In this document: piece after piece, positions 27,634 to 41,758 of the stretch
Numbering within the stretch: the first letter of the stretch is position 1
Layout: every line of letters begins with the position of its first letter
Origin: Mytilus trossulus
Taxonomy: Eukaryota
Direction of reading: 5' to 3'
Length of the DNA: 64,000 bases
Assembly: GCF_036588685.1 (NCBI RefSeq)
Contig: NC_086382.1
Coordinates: 70,680,001 to 70,744,000, forward strand
Notes under the pieces: generated by a model
The model's input: only the letters and a program-made list of their open reading frames with translations
What the model was told of the DNA's origin: nothing
Database searches by the model: none
Program-made: the position numbers and the translations under genes

Positions 27634-27790
27634 ATGGAGGCAGCCAGTCCAGTTGGTCAAGCTAATGCGGGAATAGCTGTTTGTCGTGGTATTACAAGTC
27701 TTTGTGTGACTATGATTGCATGGATTCTGACATTATCTGCTATCATTGGAATAGCGAATGATAATTGGAGCATTTTGAATAGCGAACTAG
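27634..27790 (+). CDS. Claudin/PMP22-like membrane protein, exon 1
   Basis: MEAASPVGQ...ITSLCVTMIAWILTLSAIIGIANDNWSIL: TM1 followed by the conserved W. Phase-1 GT donor at 27791. Confidence 0.65.
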
Positions 27791-28231
27791 GTTTGTTTGT
27801 CTTTTTTTAGTATTAGTATTTCACGAAATTACTTACTGAATCTCGATTGTACATAGATATATAAACCCATCAATGGGAAATAGTAGTACACATAAGACAA
27901 AACAAGGTCAGCTAAACGACTCCTACAATGGAAGCGTATACACCGTTCGATATAATAAGACTAAATATATAAGCGACATCTTGTGAAACAACCAAATAGC
28001 TAAAGAAAAAGATTAGATGTTGGTCTCTTGTGGACAGTTGTCTCATTGGCAATCATACGAGATTCATACTACATTTTCTTTTTTATAGGTTGAAAAAAAT
28101 AGTCATCAGAACAAAACCAATAAGTCTTCGACGGAAAAGTAGAAAACATTATAAATAAAGATATTTATAATACTACATGAAGTACATAATGTACTTCTAG
28201 GTTTACTCATCAGATGTTGTTATTTTTCTAG

Positions 28232-28279
28232 GATGTGGACTAAAAGCTGCCTTTGGACTATTCGTTTGTGCGGATAGTT
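28232..28279 (+). CDS. Claudin/PMP22-like protein, exon 2
   Basis: tttttctag acceptor and gtatgt donor. In frame with exon 1: GCGLKAAFGLFVCADS, a GLW/F-xC-like motif. Confidence 0.55.
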
Positions 28280-28439
28280 GTATGTTTTTCCTGATATGTT
28301 GGGATGGAACAAACCTAGTGATATTATGCTATTCACAAACTATGTGTAATTGTGAATGCTATCACATGAACTTCTCCCTTCAGTTAGCTTCTTGTGAGTA
28401 TTCAATAGTATTAAAAGGTTACAATGTACTATATCCAAT

Positions 28440-28820
28440 GGGGTAAAAAAGAAAGAAAAAAAGTTGATGACCGTAACTGCATTCACGGTCATCCCTAGAT
28501 GAATGATGAAAAATTAGGTCAGTTTCTGTTTTGTCTGTTAAAGGCGTTCTATAAAATAAAAAAAGCATTCATTGATACGATGTAAAAGATTCACACGGAA
28601 ATCGAAAATTACTTATGAGAAATGTGTACGAATTCGAACTGGAAATTGGATTTAAAAAAAATCGTTATAAAGATGTTCGTAAATCATCATTATAATATTT
28701 CCAAGATGACCGTAACATATTACAAGGATGACCGTGATTGGTAAACAGATGACCGTAGTTTGAAAAGGATGACCGTAATCTATAAAGAATGACAGTAACT
28801 TTTAAAGGATGACCATCAAT
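28440..28820. repeat. MITE-like remnant with repeated GATGACCGT motifs
   Basis: GATGACCGT...ACGGTCATC hairpin at 28466-28492 and about six direct copies at 28705-28815. Confidence 0.55.
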
Positions 28821-31800
28821 TTAAAGAATTATTCGTACATGTATTTGTCACATGATTACCTCTAATTATCAAATGTTAATTAATAGTGTTGATATAAATC
28901 GTATTTATAAGACAGCATTATCCTTAAGATAGAAGAGACTAAGACGTGCTTCAATTTCATAATTCAAATTTACAACAAAATACAACTGTCTGTCAAAATG
29001 GTTCAACATTATAATCAGGTTGTGAGAAAATTTAGTTTAAAAAGTGTATAGTTTTTGCAACAACAAAAGGCAGATTGCTTCTCGACATTTCAAAGACATA
29101 AAAAATGTAAAGAAACATGACTTTTTCACAAAATTCGAATAAAATAAACTACTTTTTCCGAATAAAAGCATTCTATTTGAATGAATAAAATGGTTCTCAT
29201 CGTTATTTTGTATAATCATAATATGAAACTTGGTAAAAAAAGAAATATTTACACAAAATTGATTTTTCTGATCGTGAAAGAATCCGTACCGCTTTTTTGA
29301 AGATCGTGAACATGATCGTGAAAGATCTGATGCTACGACGACGTTTAGATTGTTCTTCAATTATATAATAATTAACATTTGTTATAGGTACTGAGAAAAA
29401 CTTAATAGGCCGATATCCTCAATTAAATTGAAGCATTTTATGTATAAAAAAATTATATCTATTAGCCTGTAAATAGTTATCAAAGGTACCAGGATTACAT
29501 CCGGCACAATAGCTCTTGTTCAAACATAAACCTCGAGGAGCCAATGAACTAATACTTATAAAGACAATCCATATAATCGCTTGCTCAAGATATAAGCGGA
29601 GTAACAGGAGAACAAAAAATACAAACAAATTATTATTTGTGCATTTGTGAACATGAGAGTTATTTGTATAATAATTGGCTGATTGTAGGATGAAGGTTTT
29701 TATTGTCATGTGAAGTACTCACTTATAACGAGTTATAGGATAACTACATTTTGTATATTAGATCCTATAAATTACATGTCCGTCAGACAGGATTCACCTG
29801 ACCTCGACTTTATCTCATTTCATGGATCAAGAATTAGTTTTGTGGTCAAGTCCGTATCGCGGATTCTTTAAGCTTTGGGATAACTCTGTTGTTATGAGTG
29901 TATGGTGTACATGTTTTACTTCTGCAAGGTTTCAAATAACATTGACCTTATAACCATGCATCATTTGGCAATGCTCGTTTTATGTTGTTTGGCCTTTTAT
30001 ACCTGTATGTTATAACACCACGGTATTTGGTGTATGGTGTACCTGTCTGTCTGCATGTTTCATGTATGACGTCAATTGTATTAGATATATCGAATGATAG
30101 TAAGATGTCCATGTCTGGCCGTCGGTAGGGGTAAATATACTATCGACCTTATGTTCCAAATTAATTGACCAGACCTAACTTTTACATTTGTCAGTTTCTA
30201 AGTGTGAGGATCGGAAGACCTATATTTGGTGTACGGGATGTTTGTAGAGATCTGTATGGCATGGTTTATCTGACCTTGACCTCTTTTTATGAACCATTGA
30301 CAATCTTAAGCGTACATGTATTTGACACTTCTAGTTAAACTCTCAAGTGATATTACAGACGTTGAAAAAATATACTATCATAACTTAAGCAGAAGAGACA
30401 TTTCAGCATTTGCGCTCTGGTATTCTTTAGTCTGTAGTACAAAGTTATCTCATTGGAAATCAATTCACATCTGCAACGTTGTATAACGACAAATAGAACT
30501 TAAGGAAGTACTGTTGAACAAAATGTTGGGTATCCTTCAATCTCAAATTGTTCATGAACGATGCTATTTTTACTGTAAGTGTTTTAAGGTAACACGATAC
30601 CGAATGGCATATCTCCCGATTTCCAAACTTTTTGGCACATGTGTTCTTTGATTCGAGTTACATCAGACTATGTAATAAAAAATGGGGGTCACCATTTTTG
30701 TTTTCTTGGTATTTTCATAAGAAAACGTCAATTTTGGCGACAAATTTACTTAGGTATATAGGGGAAATGCCTATTTTTCGGCTTAAGTTTTTAGATTTTC
30801 CAATGGATGGCTATGTTCTGATATACGGAGAAAAACAAAAAACTAACATAATATCCAGGATTGCATACTGAATCCATACACGTATAGAAACTTATATGTC
30901 ACCATCCTTGTTTTTGAGATAAATGGCTTCAAAGATGATTGATACCATTAGAATTTGGCCGAAAACGTGTGACGTTATTGAATACAGAATGTAACGTTAT
31001 TCCTACTCAGAGAAATGGAAAACAAAATATGTGTCGGAATCTGAATGGTGTTTATTTTATTTAATTTCCCCTGTCGGTAGTCGTAAATTTCCTAGTAATG
31101 CAATATGAAATATTTTGTCCCGCTAATAGAAATTTCATTCAAATGAATTAACATTAATTTTGTCTGATTTTCACACCAAACGAGCATATTGTAATTCAGT
31201 GGTTGTGGTTTGTTTATGTGTAGTCTTTTTCCCGGCCGTTATTGAAATTCTTGATAAAGATGAACATTAAAGCTATTATTTTTTTAATTCAACACTTTAT
31301 CATCGAAAGTTAGATAAAAAAAAAACTAAAAACTTCAAAATAGTTACAGGTTTCAACCAGTTGCAGGTATATAAAATGGTAAACGATATATTGCTTTCTG
31401 ATTACAACATGCATGAGTATGTACCGCAAGACGATAAATAAACGTGTACTTATTTTAATTAAGAAAAGTGAAATAAAATATATGGCAACGTATGGATGTA
31501 TCATTCATGATGATTTTTTTTTAATTCAAATGTCACTTGCTTCAGATATATAAAATAACTCTCAGAATTTGATTCATTGCTGTTGTGCCGAAGTTTGCGT
31601 TAATTCCTAAAACGATCAATATTCTAATTGATACGAATATTATTCAAGTGATATTTAAATTTCCTCGTTGGTCTCTGGAAGATTTGTGTAAAACATGTTA
31701 AATATTTGTTGTCGAGTTGCTGTCTCATTGAAATGTACCCAAATCAGATTTTGTTGAAATATTATGGTATATTAAAACCGGTTATATTAAAAAGAGAAAC

Positions 31801-32382
31801 GCATTTCAACAAGGTGAAATCAAATATTTTATTATTTAATATTTTATATATATATTCTTCGTATGATTTAAGGATATGATATGACTAAAGTAACTGAATT
31901 TCGTATGGTTGTGTAATGTGTACAATGTACAACCAATCTATACTTTTCTCAGGTTGGTTGTATGACTAATATCTTTACATTATATCCATTGGATTAATAT
32001 ATGTGATTTTTGTTTCATACTTTCTGTGCCTAGTCCAAAGCTAATGGGTATAGTCTTTTTTGATGGACTTTTAAAATCAAATGATATGTATACGACTCTC
32101 CGACAAAATGTAAATAAAAAGAGGAAAACCCGCCAATAACGTACCAAAATAGTCACTGTGAATTTTCGAATGGCTTGAAGTTGAATGGTGTCTTATGGCA
32201 AAATTGCCAGTGAAAGAAAAAGTAACCGAATAGCAACAATATATTTTTCTAAATATTCTTTACATATACATAGTTGTATGTTTATATTCTGATGAGGGAA
32301 TAAAGAAGGAAAAAAAAAGAATCCCCATAATGAAGTGTATCATTCACATTTATAATAAAATATAAATGTTTGTTTCTTTCAG

Positions 32383-32594
32383 TTGGAATGCTACTAATTG
32401 GAGCCATAATTCACGGGACTAATGACCCTGATAATATAAATTGGACCTTTTGGTTCTGTTTAGTATCGTCTCTCCTCTGTCTTATACTAGGAATAATGTG
32501 GAAAATTACTCAAAAAATGAAAAGATTTGTGAAGAAAGAAGCAAGTGGGGCTCTAGATGGAATGGGTGCTGGTGTAATTGCAGGAATGATATAA
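32383..32594 (+). CDS. Claudin/PMP22-like protein, last exon
   Basis: ttctttcag acceptor. GMLLIGAIIHG...NWTFWFCLVSSLLCLILGIMW resembles the TM3-loop-TM4 pattern. Stop at 32592-32594. Confidence 0.6.
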
Positions 32595-35098
32595 TGACAG
32601 AACTGAATAAACTTTCTAGGTGTAAATGATTATTAATAATTTTTTTTTTACGCATTATGATAATGGTTAAAAACTTGGCTCAGTAGACTGTTTTAGCATT
32701 ACAAGATTAACTATATTTAATTACAATTCAAAGATTTTCAACATCCAGTTGAAAGATAATCCACATTAATAATCCGTCAGTGGTTTGCAAACGCTTACAT
32801 TGATACTGAGGCATAGTTCATGTAGGACTATGTTCAAGGAGTAAACAGGTTAAAAGGTTCTGAAAAAAGTCGACATATGTTTTGAAGTTAACATAAAACA
32901 TATGTGACTCTCTAGTCGTAACTTTCTGTCTTTAAATTAGTATTCTTGTTAGTTTTTAGCTTTGTATAATGTCGATTCAGTCAACCCCTTTACAATTGGC
33001 TTTATAGATAATAGAAGAAAAAGGATATAGATTATCCATTTAAGTTCCAAAATCAGTCCGTGCACGGCTAAAACACAAGAAGAAAAGCAACAGCGATTTT
33101 ATTAAAGTATTTTGCATTTTTAAATCTCTTTGTCGGGTTAAAGGCTGGTTGGGCTCCCGCAGGTATGGTTCGCGTTGTGCCTGTATCAAAATGTTTAGCC
33201 TGAATTGCATTGATTGTCGTTTGTTGGTGTACACCTGCTCTAAAACACATTACGGGACTATAAAATTAAAGCAACCGGACATCCCTATGTGCCTGTATCA
33301 ATCGTATTCGTTGGCCTTAGCAAATTTTCATCAATACTTTACTCAACCGTGATGGACGTTGACGTGATTAGAAATTCGATAAATGTCTTCATCAACCAAC
33401 TCGTCTTCTTTATCTTTTCTAAATGAACATTAAAAATTAATTGAAAATATTTGAAATTAAAATATGTATGTAGGTAACATTCTATAAGGTCCAAAGTCAT
33501 TAAGTTGAAATTTGCATAATGAAGATGTCGGTATCAAAGTACAATGTACTAGATAGCTCATTAAATATTCATCAAATTTCAATAATTATTATTCATAGAT
33601 ATAAGAAGATGTGGTATGAGTGTCAATGAGACAAGTTGAATTCTCCATTCAAGTCACACTTTATAAAAGTAAACCATTATAGGTCGTCAACACGGAGCCT
33701 TGGCTCACATCGAACAGCAAGCTCTATGTATGAAAATCATACGATATTAATTTATTGTTACTTGTTGATATTGAGTATCCATCTTTAAAGATAATATCAA
33801 CTAGTATTTGGAATGAATAAAATTTACAAATTTTAGAACATGAAATACATTTGTCTCGCAGTTTTATTGTTGAATAAAAATGCATATATAACAATATTTT
33901 AGCAAAATAAAATAATTTTCTTGTTATTATCTCAAAACTAAATTGTGACCTGTTCTTCTTCCCTTGTGACCGTTACGTTTTATTTCCTGAATTCATCGAA
34001 AGTATCCTACGTAAAATATAGCAAATTGGTTTTATATCTTTAATTTCCTTGTTTGATTAGATTTAGTTAAATATTCTCACACTCAAATACAAGTGCTTAA
34101 TATAAATTGTTCAGTAATATTTTATCAGTTGGTCAACTTTCAATAAAACAATGAAATCTTCAGAGGATAACATGTCCATTAATGTAATAAAATAATAAAA
34201 CAGATGTAAAATATAATGTACATGTACCATATAATTTCAAATCTCGGTCTATGACATATTTTATAATACTTTCATAGTAAACACCAATACTTAAAGGAGA
34301 TCTCATGTGTGATTTTAATGGGAGTTCAAACCTTAAAATGCATTTTATAAGTACCAATCATGTGAAGTGAAAAAAACATTGTGAAGGAAGCGAGACCGGA
34401 TGAGTCGGCCATGTGTAAATTTGTACTAAAACGAGCAACACGACGGGTGCCACATATGGAGTCGGATACTAGTATGCTTACCTTCCGAAGCTCAGTGGTA
34501 TGTGCAGATTTACTGGTTAAAAGTGACACAAGTGCTTGATGAAGTATGGCAGTGAGAGAACGTAATTTTGTGAGAATTCTGATTCAAATCAAATATCAAA
34601 TAACAAAATTAAGTCCAAGAGTTGTGCACAATTATCACCTATTGGTATGTCTACTTTTTATGTAAACTACAGACGAAATTAAAACAACAAATTTAAATCT
34701 AAACAAAATGGTGTATTTTATACAAATACGTTTAAAAGTTTAAACTATTACTTTATCCAGGAACATACTGTTCCCAGCTTTATCTGACACACGAACGTTG
34801 CCAGTGAATGACGATAAAGATGAGTTGTTAGCTGGCAAATAAGATTTATTTCAAAAGAAAAATAAATGAGTTGTGGAGTTTACTACAAATTCTACAGTTA
34901 AAAAAATGACAATAGATAAAAACAAATATTCCTTACTGGACAGTTTAATCAGATACATATAGACTTGTCAAGTCTCAGGGTGATACTAAGGTCTGTATAA
35001 TAAAGAGCATCATATATTAAGATGACTTAGATGAATATCCGTGTTAGTTTTTTTTTCATCTTGCTCAAATCTATAATCTGAAGTATCATTAGCATATA

Positions 35099-38000
35099 CA
35101 CCCTGTATAACCCCGATACAGATGAAACCGGACGTTGACGCGTTCGAATCGAACACACCGTGTAACATTGAGTTCAGACAGTAAAGAATTGGTACTTTAC
35201 AGAAAATCCAGTATATATTCTTCGGATATTTTGCACCAATATATTCTTTGCCATAATACTCATTACTTATTAAAAGGTTTTTCAAATATCTGACATTTTT
35301 ATACACGAACATCAAAAAACGCACGACGATATCAATGATAAAACGTGCTTTGTATTTTTAAATATCCAAAACTTAATGAATCTTGTGCCACATAGGTTTT
35401 TAAACATAGATTTTTGAAAATTTCATAGTTTAAATTAACAAACTTATAAAGATCGTAGGTTTATGTTGTATTTAGAAACAAACAAATACACGTTTTAAAG
35501 TGGCTTTATTTTCATATTGTGTATCGCTTCGTTGTCATTACACTTTTTTACACTGTACGCTTCGTTGTGACAATATTGCGTTTGTCAATGACTTTTGCAT
35601 GTATTAATAATGATTTGATATGATTTTAACCAATAAACATGTTTAAAAAAAGATAATTTACCACTAAAACATACAGAAAGTAACCCATAATATCCGTTGT
35701 TCCCACAAGATAGTTATTTCGTTCCCTCAAGATACTATGTCGTTCCCACAAGATAGTTATCTCGTTCCCACAAGATGCTATGTCGTTCCCTCAAGATACA
35801 ATGTTGATTCCTCAAGATGTTATGTTGTTCCCACAAGATAGTTATCTCGTTCCCTCAAGATAGTTATCTCGTTCCCTCAACATAGCAATAAAATTATATT
35901 AATATATTCTTTACATAGTATCTTGAGGGAACGACATAGCATCTTGAGGGAATAACATAACATCTTGAGGAAACGACATAGTATCTTGAGGGAACTACAT
36001 AATATCTTGAGGGAACGACATATCATCTTGAAGGAACGACATATCCTCTTGAGGGAACGAGATAACTATCTTGTGGGAACGACATAGTATCTTGAGGGGA
36101 CGAGATAACTATCTTGTGGGAACGACATAGTATCATGAGGAAACAACATATTTTTTTCTCTTTCATGGCCGTATTCTGCCACCGTTCGAAAGTGTAAATT
36201 GGTAGGACAGTATAATTACTCGACAGATGCAAATATCATAGGCTGAGCATATACAGATAAACAAGTCCGATTTATAATGTCATTTTGATAGCATTTTTGA
36301 AACGGATAACCATACGACATTCAATGTATATGGTTACAGCACTGTCCCAGGTTAGGGGGTGTCACGGAATGGAATTTCCTTTATGGGCGTTTTTCAATAA
36401 AAGCGTATTTTTCAGACCTAAAATAATGGAAAATCAACTTGTCCAAATTTTAATTTCAAGAGTTATTTTGAATACCTCTATAATAGACCTGTTTGTAAAC
36501 AAAAAGTGCAATCTTAAATATTCTTTTAAATGATATTATTTTCATAATTTGTGTACTTCTTCCAAACACACATATTTTTTGCAATTTTAAATGTTTCCGA
36601 TAGACATTCTAGTTTGTTTACTTTAAATACTAGACAAATATCATTTTTTTCTGAATTGGAAAACCATTTTTATCGATTAAGATTAGACAGTAAATTTTGT
36701 ACTTCACACATGAAGGTTCAACTCATGTTACGTAGTGGACATTTTGATGCGTTTCGTAATGGACAAAACCGTTTCGTAGTGGACAAAAAGTTTCGTAGTT
36801 GAGATCAACCCTATTATATGTTAATAACAACATAATAAAAATTGCATGAAGCTAACCCTTGTTATTTGTTTTGCACGAATATAATTGAAAAAAAGATTAA
36901 AAAAAGACTGCATGGTAGTGGTAGTGTCCACTACGAAACGTTTTTCTCCCATTCTTGTTTCGTAGGGGACCGTTTCGTAAGGGACGTATTCGCATGTTTT
37001 ATTTTTTCCCCACAATCCCTATATTGCAATAGTAACAAGACTGATTGTATTCATCAAAGAATTTATCAAACGGTACACTGATATTTTTTTCATAATTTTA
37101 AAACTGTACGGGTTTTTTCTTTGTATCATGTTGTGCTGTAACAGCAGTGCCCAAGATTAAGGAGAGGGTTGAGGGCTCACTGGTTAAATCCCGCATCATT
37201 ATTATTGTGTCTGCCCAACGTCAGGCACCTGTAGTACATTTGTTGTATAGATCTATTTTTTGTAAATGGATAATTCATAAGTTATAAATGTATCACTGTT
37301 AGGTTTCCCGTTTTAAATTTTTCATATATTTTTTTTATTTCGGGGCCTTTTATAGCCGACAATACGGTTTTCCTCATTGTTCAATGCTGTACGTTGGATC
37401 ATAACAATTGCTTTATACACACACTTCATTTAAACTTTGATGGAAAGTTGTATAACCTGTCATCACACTACATCTACAAATTTTGTATGTAAAAAAAAAA
37501 AAAAAAAAAAGCAAGAAAGAAAAAAAAAACAGTTTGACTGTCATCTAAGGCATTTGGCAAACTAGGCCACGTTCAACGAGCTGATATGGGTGCTTTTTAT
37601 AGGCGAATTTGGAACAACATCGGCATTTAGAAGAGCATCTAATTGTGAAAAGTACGAGTCATCAAAGTTGTATTGGCTGTGCTATACTTTTGAAACTTTA
37701 TTTGCTTTAAAATATATTTTTTAACAGTCTATTTCATCTGGAATAACGTTGAAATCTAAAAAAAAATCAATAAAAACATTTTTTTCGGATGTCCGCTAGT
37801 TTGAAATTGCAATTTTGGCTTTAAACGACTTTTTTTTTTTAAGTTCAACTACTTTGATTAAATTTACAAATAAAAAAATACAATACAATATAGGTAAAGG
37901 GTCGCCGATGCCATCTCGAATACCTTAATAAGAAAGTGATTTGTGACGGTTTTTGTCAACGAACTGTACAGTGATTAATTAAAAACGCACAACGAACTCG

Positions 38001-38437
38001 ACACATTTGGAGGAACGAACAATACAGTTAGACAAAAATTATTAAGTATGATATTGCGTTTATTAAAAATTCTAGGTAGCATTTGAAGGCACGTAGTAAT
38101 CCAACGTATAGTTTTATATTATTGCTTGAAGTATTAATACACAAAGGTGTATGCACGAAAAGATATTCAGCATTGTTTATCGCATAAAACGTATGAAATT
38201 GCACCATGCCCGTGCGTTTTGCATCTAGCAGTTTTATCAGACGGTCTATGCAATATCTTGTACTTACAGCAACTGTATAATTGAATAAATAAACTCACAA
38301 TCACATAGACATATTTATATATAAACAAATAAGTTCTAGAGACGCATTCGAAATTGTTGTCATCCCAAATGTTGTCCTGATTATCGCTTCGAACGCGTCA
38401 ACATCCGGATTCATTTGTATCGGGGTTATACGGGGTG
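35099..38437. mobile_element. 3.3-kb non-autonomous TIR element with CAC...GTG ends and ATATA flanks
   Basis: 50-bp TIRs at 35099-35148 and 38388-38437 (46/50 identical). ATATA lies immediately outside both ends. No transposase ORF. Confidence 0.75.
35693..36185. mobile_element. Foldback-type MITE built from two inverted arrays of a 21/22-bp unit
   Basis: (CGTTCCC(T/A)CAAGATACTATGT)n at 35695-35885 faces its reverse complement at 35913-36148. Confidence 0.8.
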
Positions 38438-38475
38438 ATATATAACAAACATTTTTTTCATTTCATTATTGAAAT

Positions 38476-38867
38476 CTACGTGCTCCAACTGTATGACCAG
38501 TTAGTGGTAGGTGTCCCTGAATTTTGTCCACTGGTCCAAACTCTTCTTCTTATGTTCATATTTCTACCCGCGTTCCTATTCCAACTTTGTGGAAGATTCC
38601 AATTCCTACTTGTTCGTGGCTGAGAATTTTGATTGTTTGTTTGCTGACTTCTCCTATTGTTTCCTGATGTCCAGCTCCACATGACTCTACCATTGGGTTT
38701 ATTCTCTCTGGTGGTAGTTATACGTCTGGTTTGGTCAGGTTTGGTACGTTGATTTTCATTGACAATCTTCCAGGGACTATATTTCCAATCGGTTCCTCCG
38801 TTTACGTTACTTCTGCTAGTGACTTTTGTTGGTGTATTCGGGACATTTCGTCCTCCTGTAGCGTGAT
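38476..38867 (-). CDS. CAP/SCP protein, last exon (low-complexity W/R/N/S/T tail)
   Basis: ttctgtattgtag acceptor, phase 1 matching the previous exon. Open frame DHATGGRNVP...NWSYSWST*. Confidence 0.8.
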
Positions 38868-39049
38868 CTACAATACAGAATTAAACAATTACAAGCTGGT
38901 ATTAATTGACTAGAACATGCTACCAGTTATGTCGATCATATTGTTTTGATGAAATGATTGATGACGATTACAAATATATGTAAAAAACTATTTATTCTAC
39001 AATTTAATATTTCATTTTGTCTTCTTTTAAAGTATTAAGTATCTGAATC

Positions 39050-41068
39050 AGTGAATGGTGTGTCTCAAAAATAAAATGATATATCTCAAGAAACTAAATG
39101 GTTCATCTCAAGACGCTAATTGATATATTTCGTCACCAAATGATAAAGACACGAAATTGCATATCTCAAGAACCAAATGATATGCATCTCAAGACACCAA
39201 ATGATAAATCACAAGAAACCAAATGGCATATCTCAAGAAACCTAACGGTATATCTCAAGAAACCAAACGGTATATATCAAGAAACCTAACGGTATATCTC
39301 AAGAAACCTAACGGTATATCTCAAGAAACCAAGCGGTATATATCAAGAAACCTAACGGTATATATCAAGAAACCAAACGAAATATCTCAAGAAACCAAAC
39401 ATGTATATCTCAAGAAACCAAACGGTATATCTCAAGAAACCAAACGGTATATCTCAAGAAACCAAACGGTATATCTCAAGAAACCAAACGGTATATCTCA
39501 AGAAACCAAACGAAATATCTCAAGAAACCAAACATGTATATCTCAAGAAACCAAACGGTATATCTCAAGAAACCAAACGGTATATATCAAGAAACCAAAC
39601 GGTATATATCAAGAAACCAAACGAAATATCTCAAGAAACCAAACATGTATATCTCAAGAAACCAAACGGTATATCTCAAGAAACCAAACGGTATATCTCA
39701 AGAAACCTAACGGTATATATCAAGAAACCAGACGGTATATCTCAAGAAACCTAACGGTATATATCAAGAAACCAAACGGTATATCTCAAGAAACCAAACG
39801 GTATATATCAAGAAACCTAACGGTATATCTCAAGAAACCAAATGGTATATCGCAAGAAACCAAACTGTGCATCTCAAGAAACCAAACATGTATATCTCAA
39901 GATACCAAACGTTAAATCTCACGAAACCACTTGATTTATCTAAAGAACCATAATGGTACACCTTAGGAATCCAAATGGTTTATCTGAAGAAACCGATCGA
40001 AATATCTCAAGAAACTTGATAGTACTAGTATGCTTTGAGATATTCATGGACATATATCGCACGAAACCAATTGATACATCCGATGAAACCATATGACATA
40101 TCTAACGTAAACAAATGGTATATCTCAAAAAAACAAATTGTACATCCCAAACAACTTAACGGTTACGGTATATCTCGAGACACCAAATGATATATCTTAA
40201 GAAATCAAATGGTACATCCCAAGAAATCAAATCGTACATCCCGAGAAATATAATGGTACATCTCAATATCAAATGGTACATCTCCATATCAAATGATATG
40301 TCTCAATATCAAATGGTACATCCCAAGAAATCAAATGATACATCTCTAAATCAAAATGGTACGTCTCGATTTCAAATGGTACATCCCGAAAAATCAAATG
40401 GTACATCCCGAAAAATCAAATGGTACATCCCGAAGAATCAAATGGTAAATCCCGAAAATCAAATGTTATATCTTAAGAATATAAATGATACATCCCGACA
40501 TATCAAATGGTACATCTCAAGTAACGCAATGGTATATCTCAAGAAATCAGATGATATTATATTTAAATCAAAATCAAAACGATTGGTTTATCGCAAGTCA
40601 CCAAATGATATATCTCAAGAAATCAAATGTTACATCTCAGGTAACGATATATCAAGACACCAAATGTTACATCTCAAGAAATCAAATGTTACATCTCAGG
40701 TAACGAAATGGTTTATATCAACAAACCAAATGATAAATCTCAAGAAACACAATTTATGATATATCTCAAGAAACAAAATTTATGATATATCTCAAGAAAC
40801 AAAATAGTTTATCTTGAGAAACCAATTGTACATCGCGAGAAACCAAATAGTACATCGCGAGAAACTAAATAGTACATCGCGAGAAACCAAATAGTACATC
40901 GCGAGAAACCAAATAGTACATCGCGAGAAACCAAATAGTACATCGCGAGAAACCAAATAGTACATCGCGAGAAACCAAATAGGACATCGTGAGAAACCAA
41001 AAAGTACATCGCGAGAAACCAAATAGTACATCGCGAGAAACCAAATAGTGCATCGTAAGAACCCAAAA
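39050..41068. repeat. 22-bp satellite with three sub-arrays in a CAP intron
   Basis: AAACCAAACGGTATATCTCAAG (39220-39900), degenerate AAATCAAATGGTACATCCCG (39900-40800) and AAACCAAATAGTACATCGCGAG (40820-41065). Confidence 0.95.
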
Positions 41069-41214
41069 AGCAAGTGTCTATACAACGGTCAAACTTATAT
41101 CAAACCGAGTAAAGAAAATAAATGATACCCATATTTACTGTAAAAGTTTGTCACCTAAATATAATCTTAGCAATTTAAAACAAGTTATTGAAAAAAAAAA
41201 CCAATTTATTATAC

Positions 41215-41306
41215 CTGAACATAGACCTGCATCACACTGCTGTCCTGAGCGACATCTAGAACATGCCTGTCCATTTATATATGGCTCCCTGTTGTTAAAA
41301 TTTCCT
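41215..41306 (-). CDS. CAP/SCP protein, exon 4 (Cys-rich hinge)
   Basis: GNFNNREPYINGQACSRCRSGQQCDAGLCS, with AG/GT sites in phases 2 and 1. Confidence 0.9.
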
Positions 41307-41370
41307 CTGCAAACAAATATAAAAAATGTATAGCTAAATAACATTACTTTACATATTTTTAACAATATTT

Positions 41371-41727
41371 AATGAATGGCTATTATCTATTTTGAATTTA
41401 TTGAACCATAAAACTAATTTTTGACTCTTCACATTGAATAATCCGCGAAGCGGATTATGTAAAATGTGAAGAGTCAAAAATTAGTTTTATGGTTCAATAA
41501 AATCAAAATAAATTATTGCCATTCATTATAAATAAATTTTCTATCAAAAATAAGTCTCAAAGAACTTTCTATATTATTTATTTTAACAATAAAAACGTGC
41601 ACACATGTTGGCGTATGAATATACAACCGTCAGAGTGGGCGTGTCGCCATCAAAATTGACAACATTGAAAATAAAACTAATAATTTTAACCAATCAGAAG
41701 ACAGTAAATACACAAAATTTATTTATT
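41371..41727. mobile_element. Long-hairpin element (~160-nt palindrome plus tail)
   Basis: Palindrome 41371-41532 centred on CCGCGAAGCGG. The tail contains CCAATCAGAAGAC near its end. Confidence 0.7.
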
Positions 41728-41758
41728 TACAAATATTTAGATATTCAGTATAATAAAT

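Noticed and set aside
31953-32045. Candidate missing claudin exon
   Set aside because: It has a good acceptor and some hydrophobic codons, but stops interrupt the frames.
32287-32325. CTGATGAG as a hammerhead (also 47677)
   Set aside because: No stem II pairing or stem III follows.
39223-41085. Long repetitive ORFs (230, 190, 117 aa and others)
   Set aside because: They arise from a stop-poor 22-bp satellite in an intron, with the same peptide in several frames.
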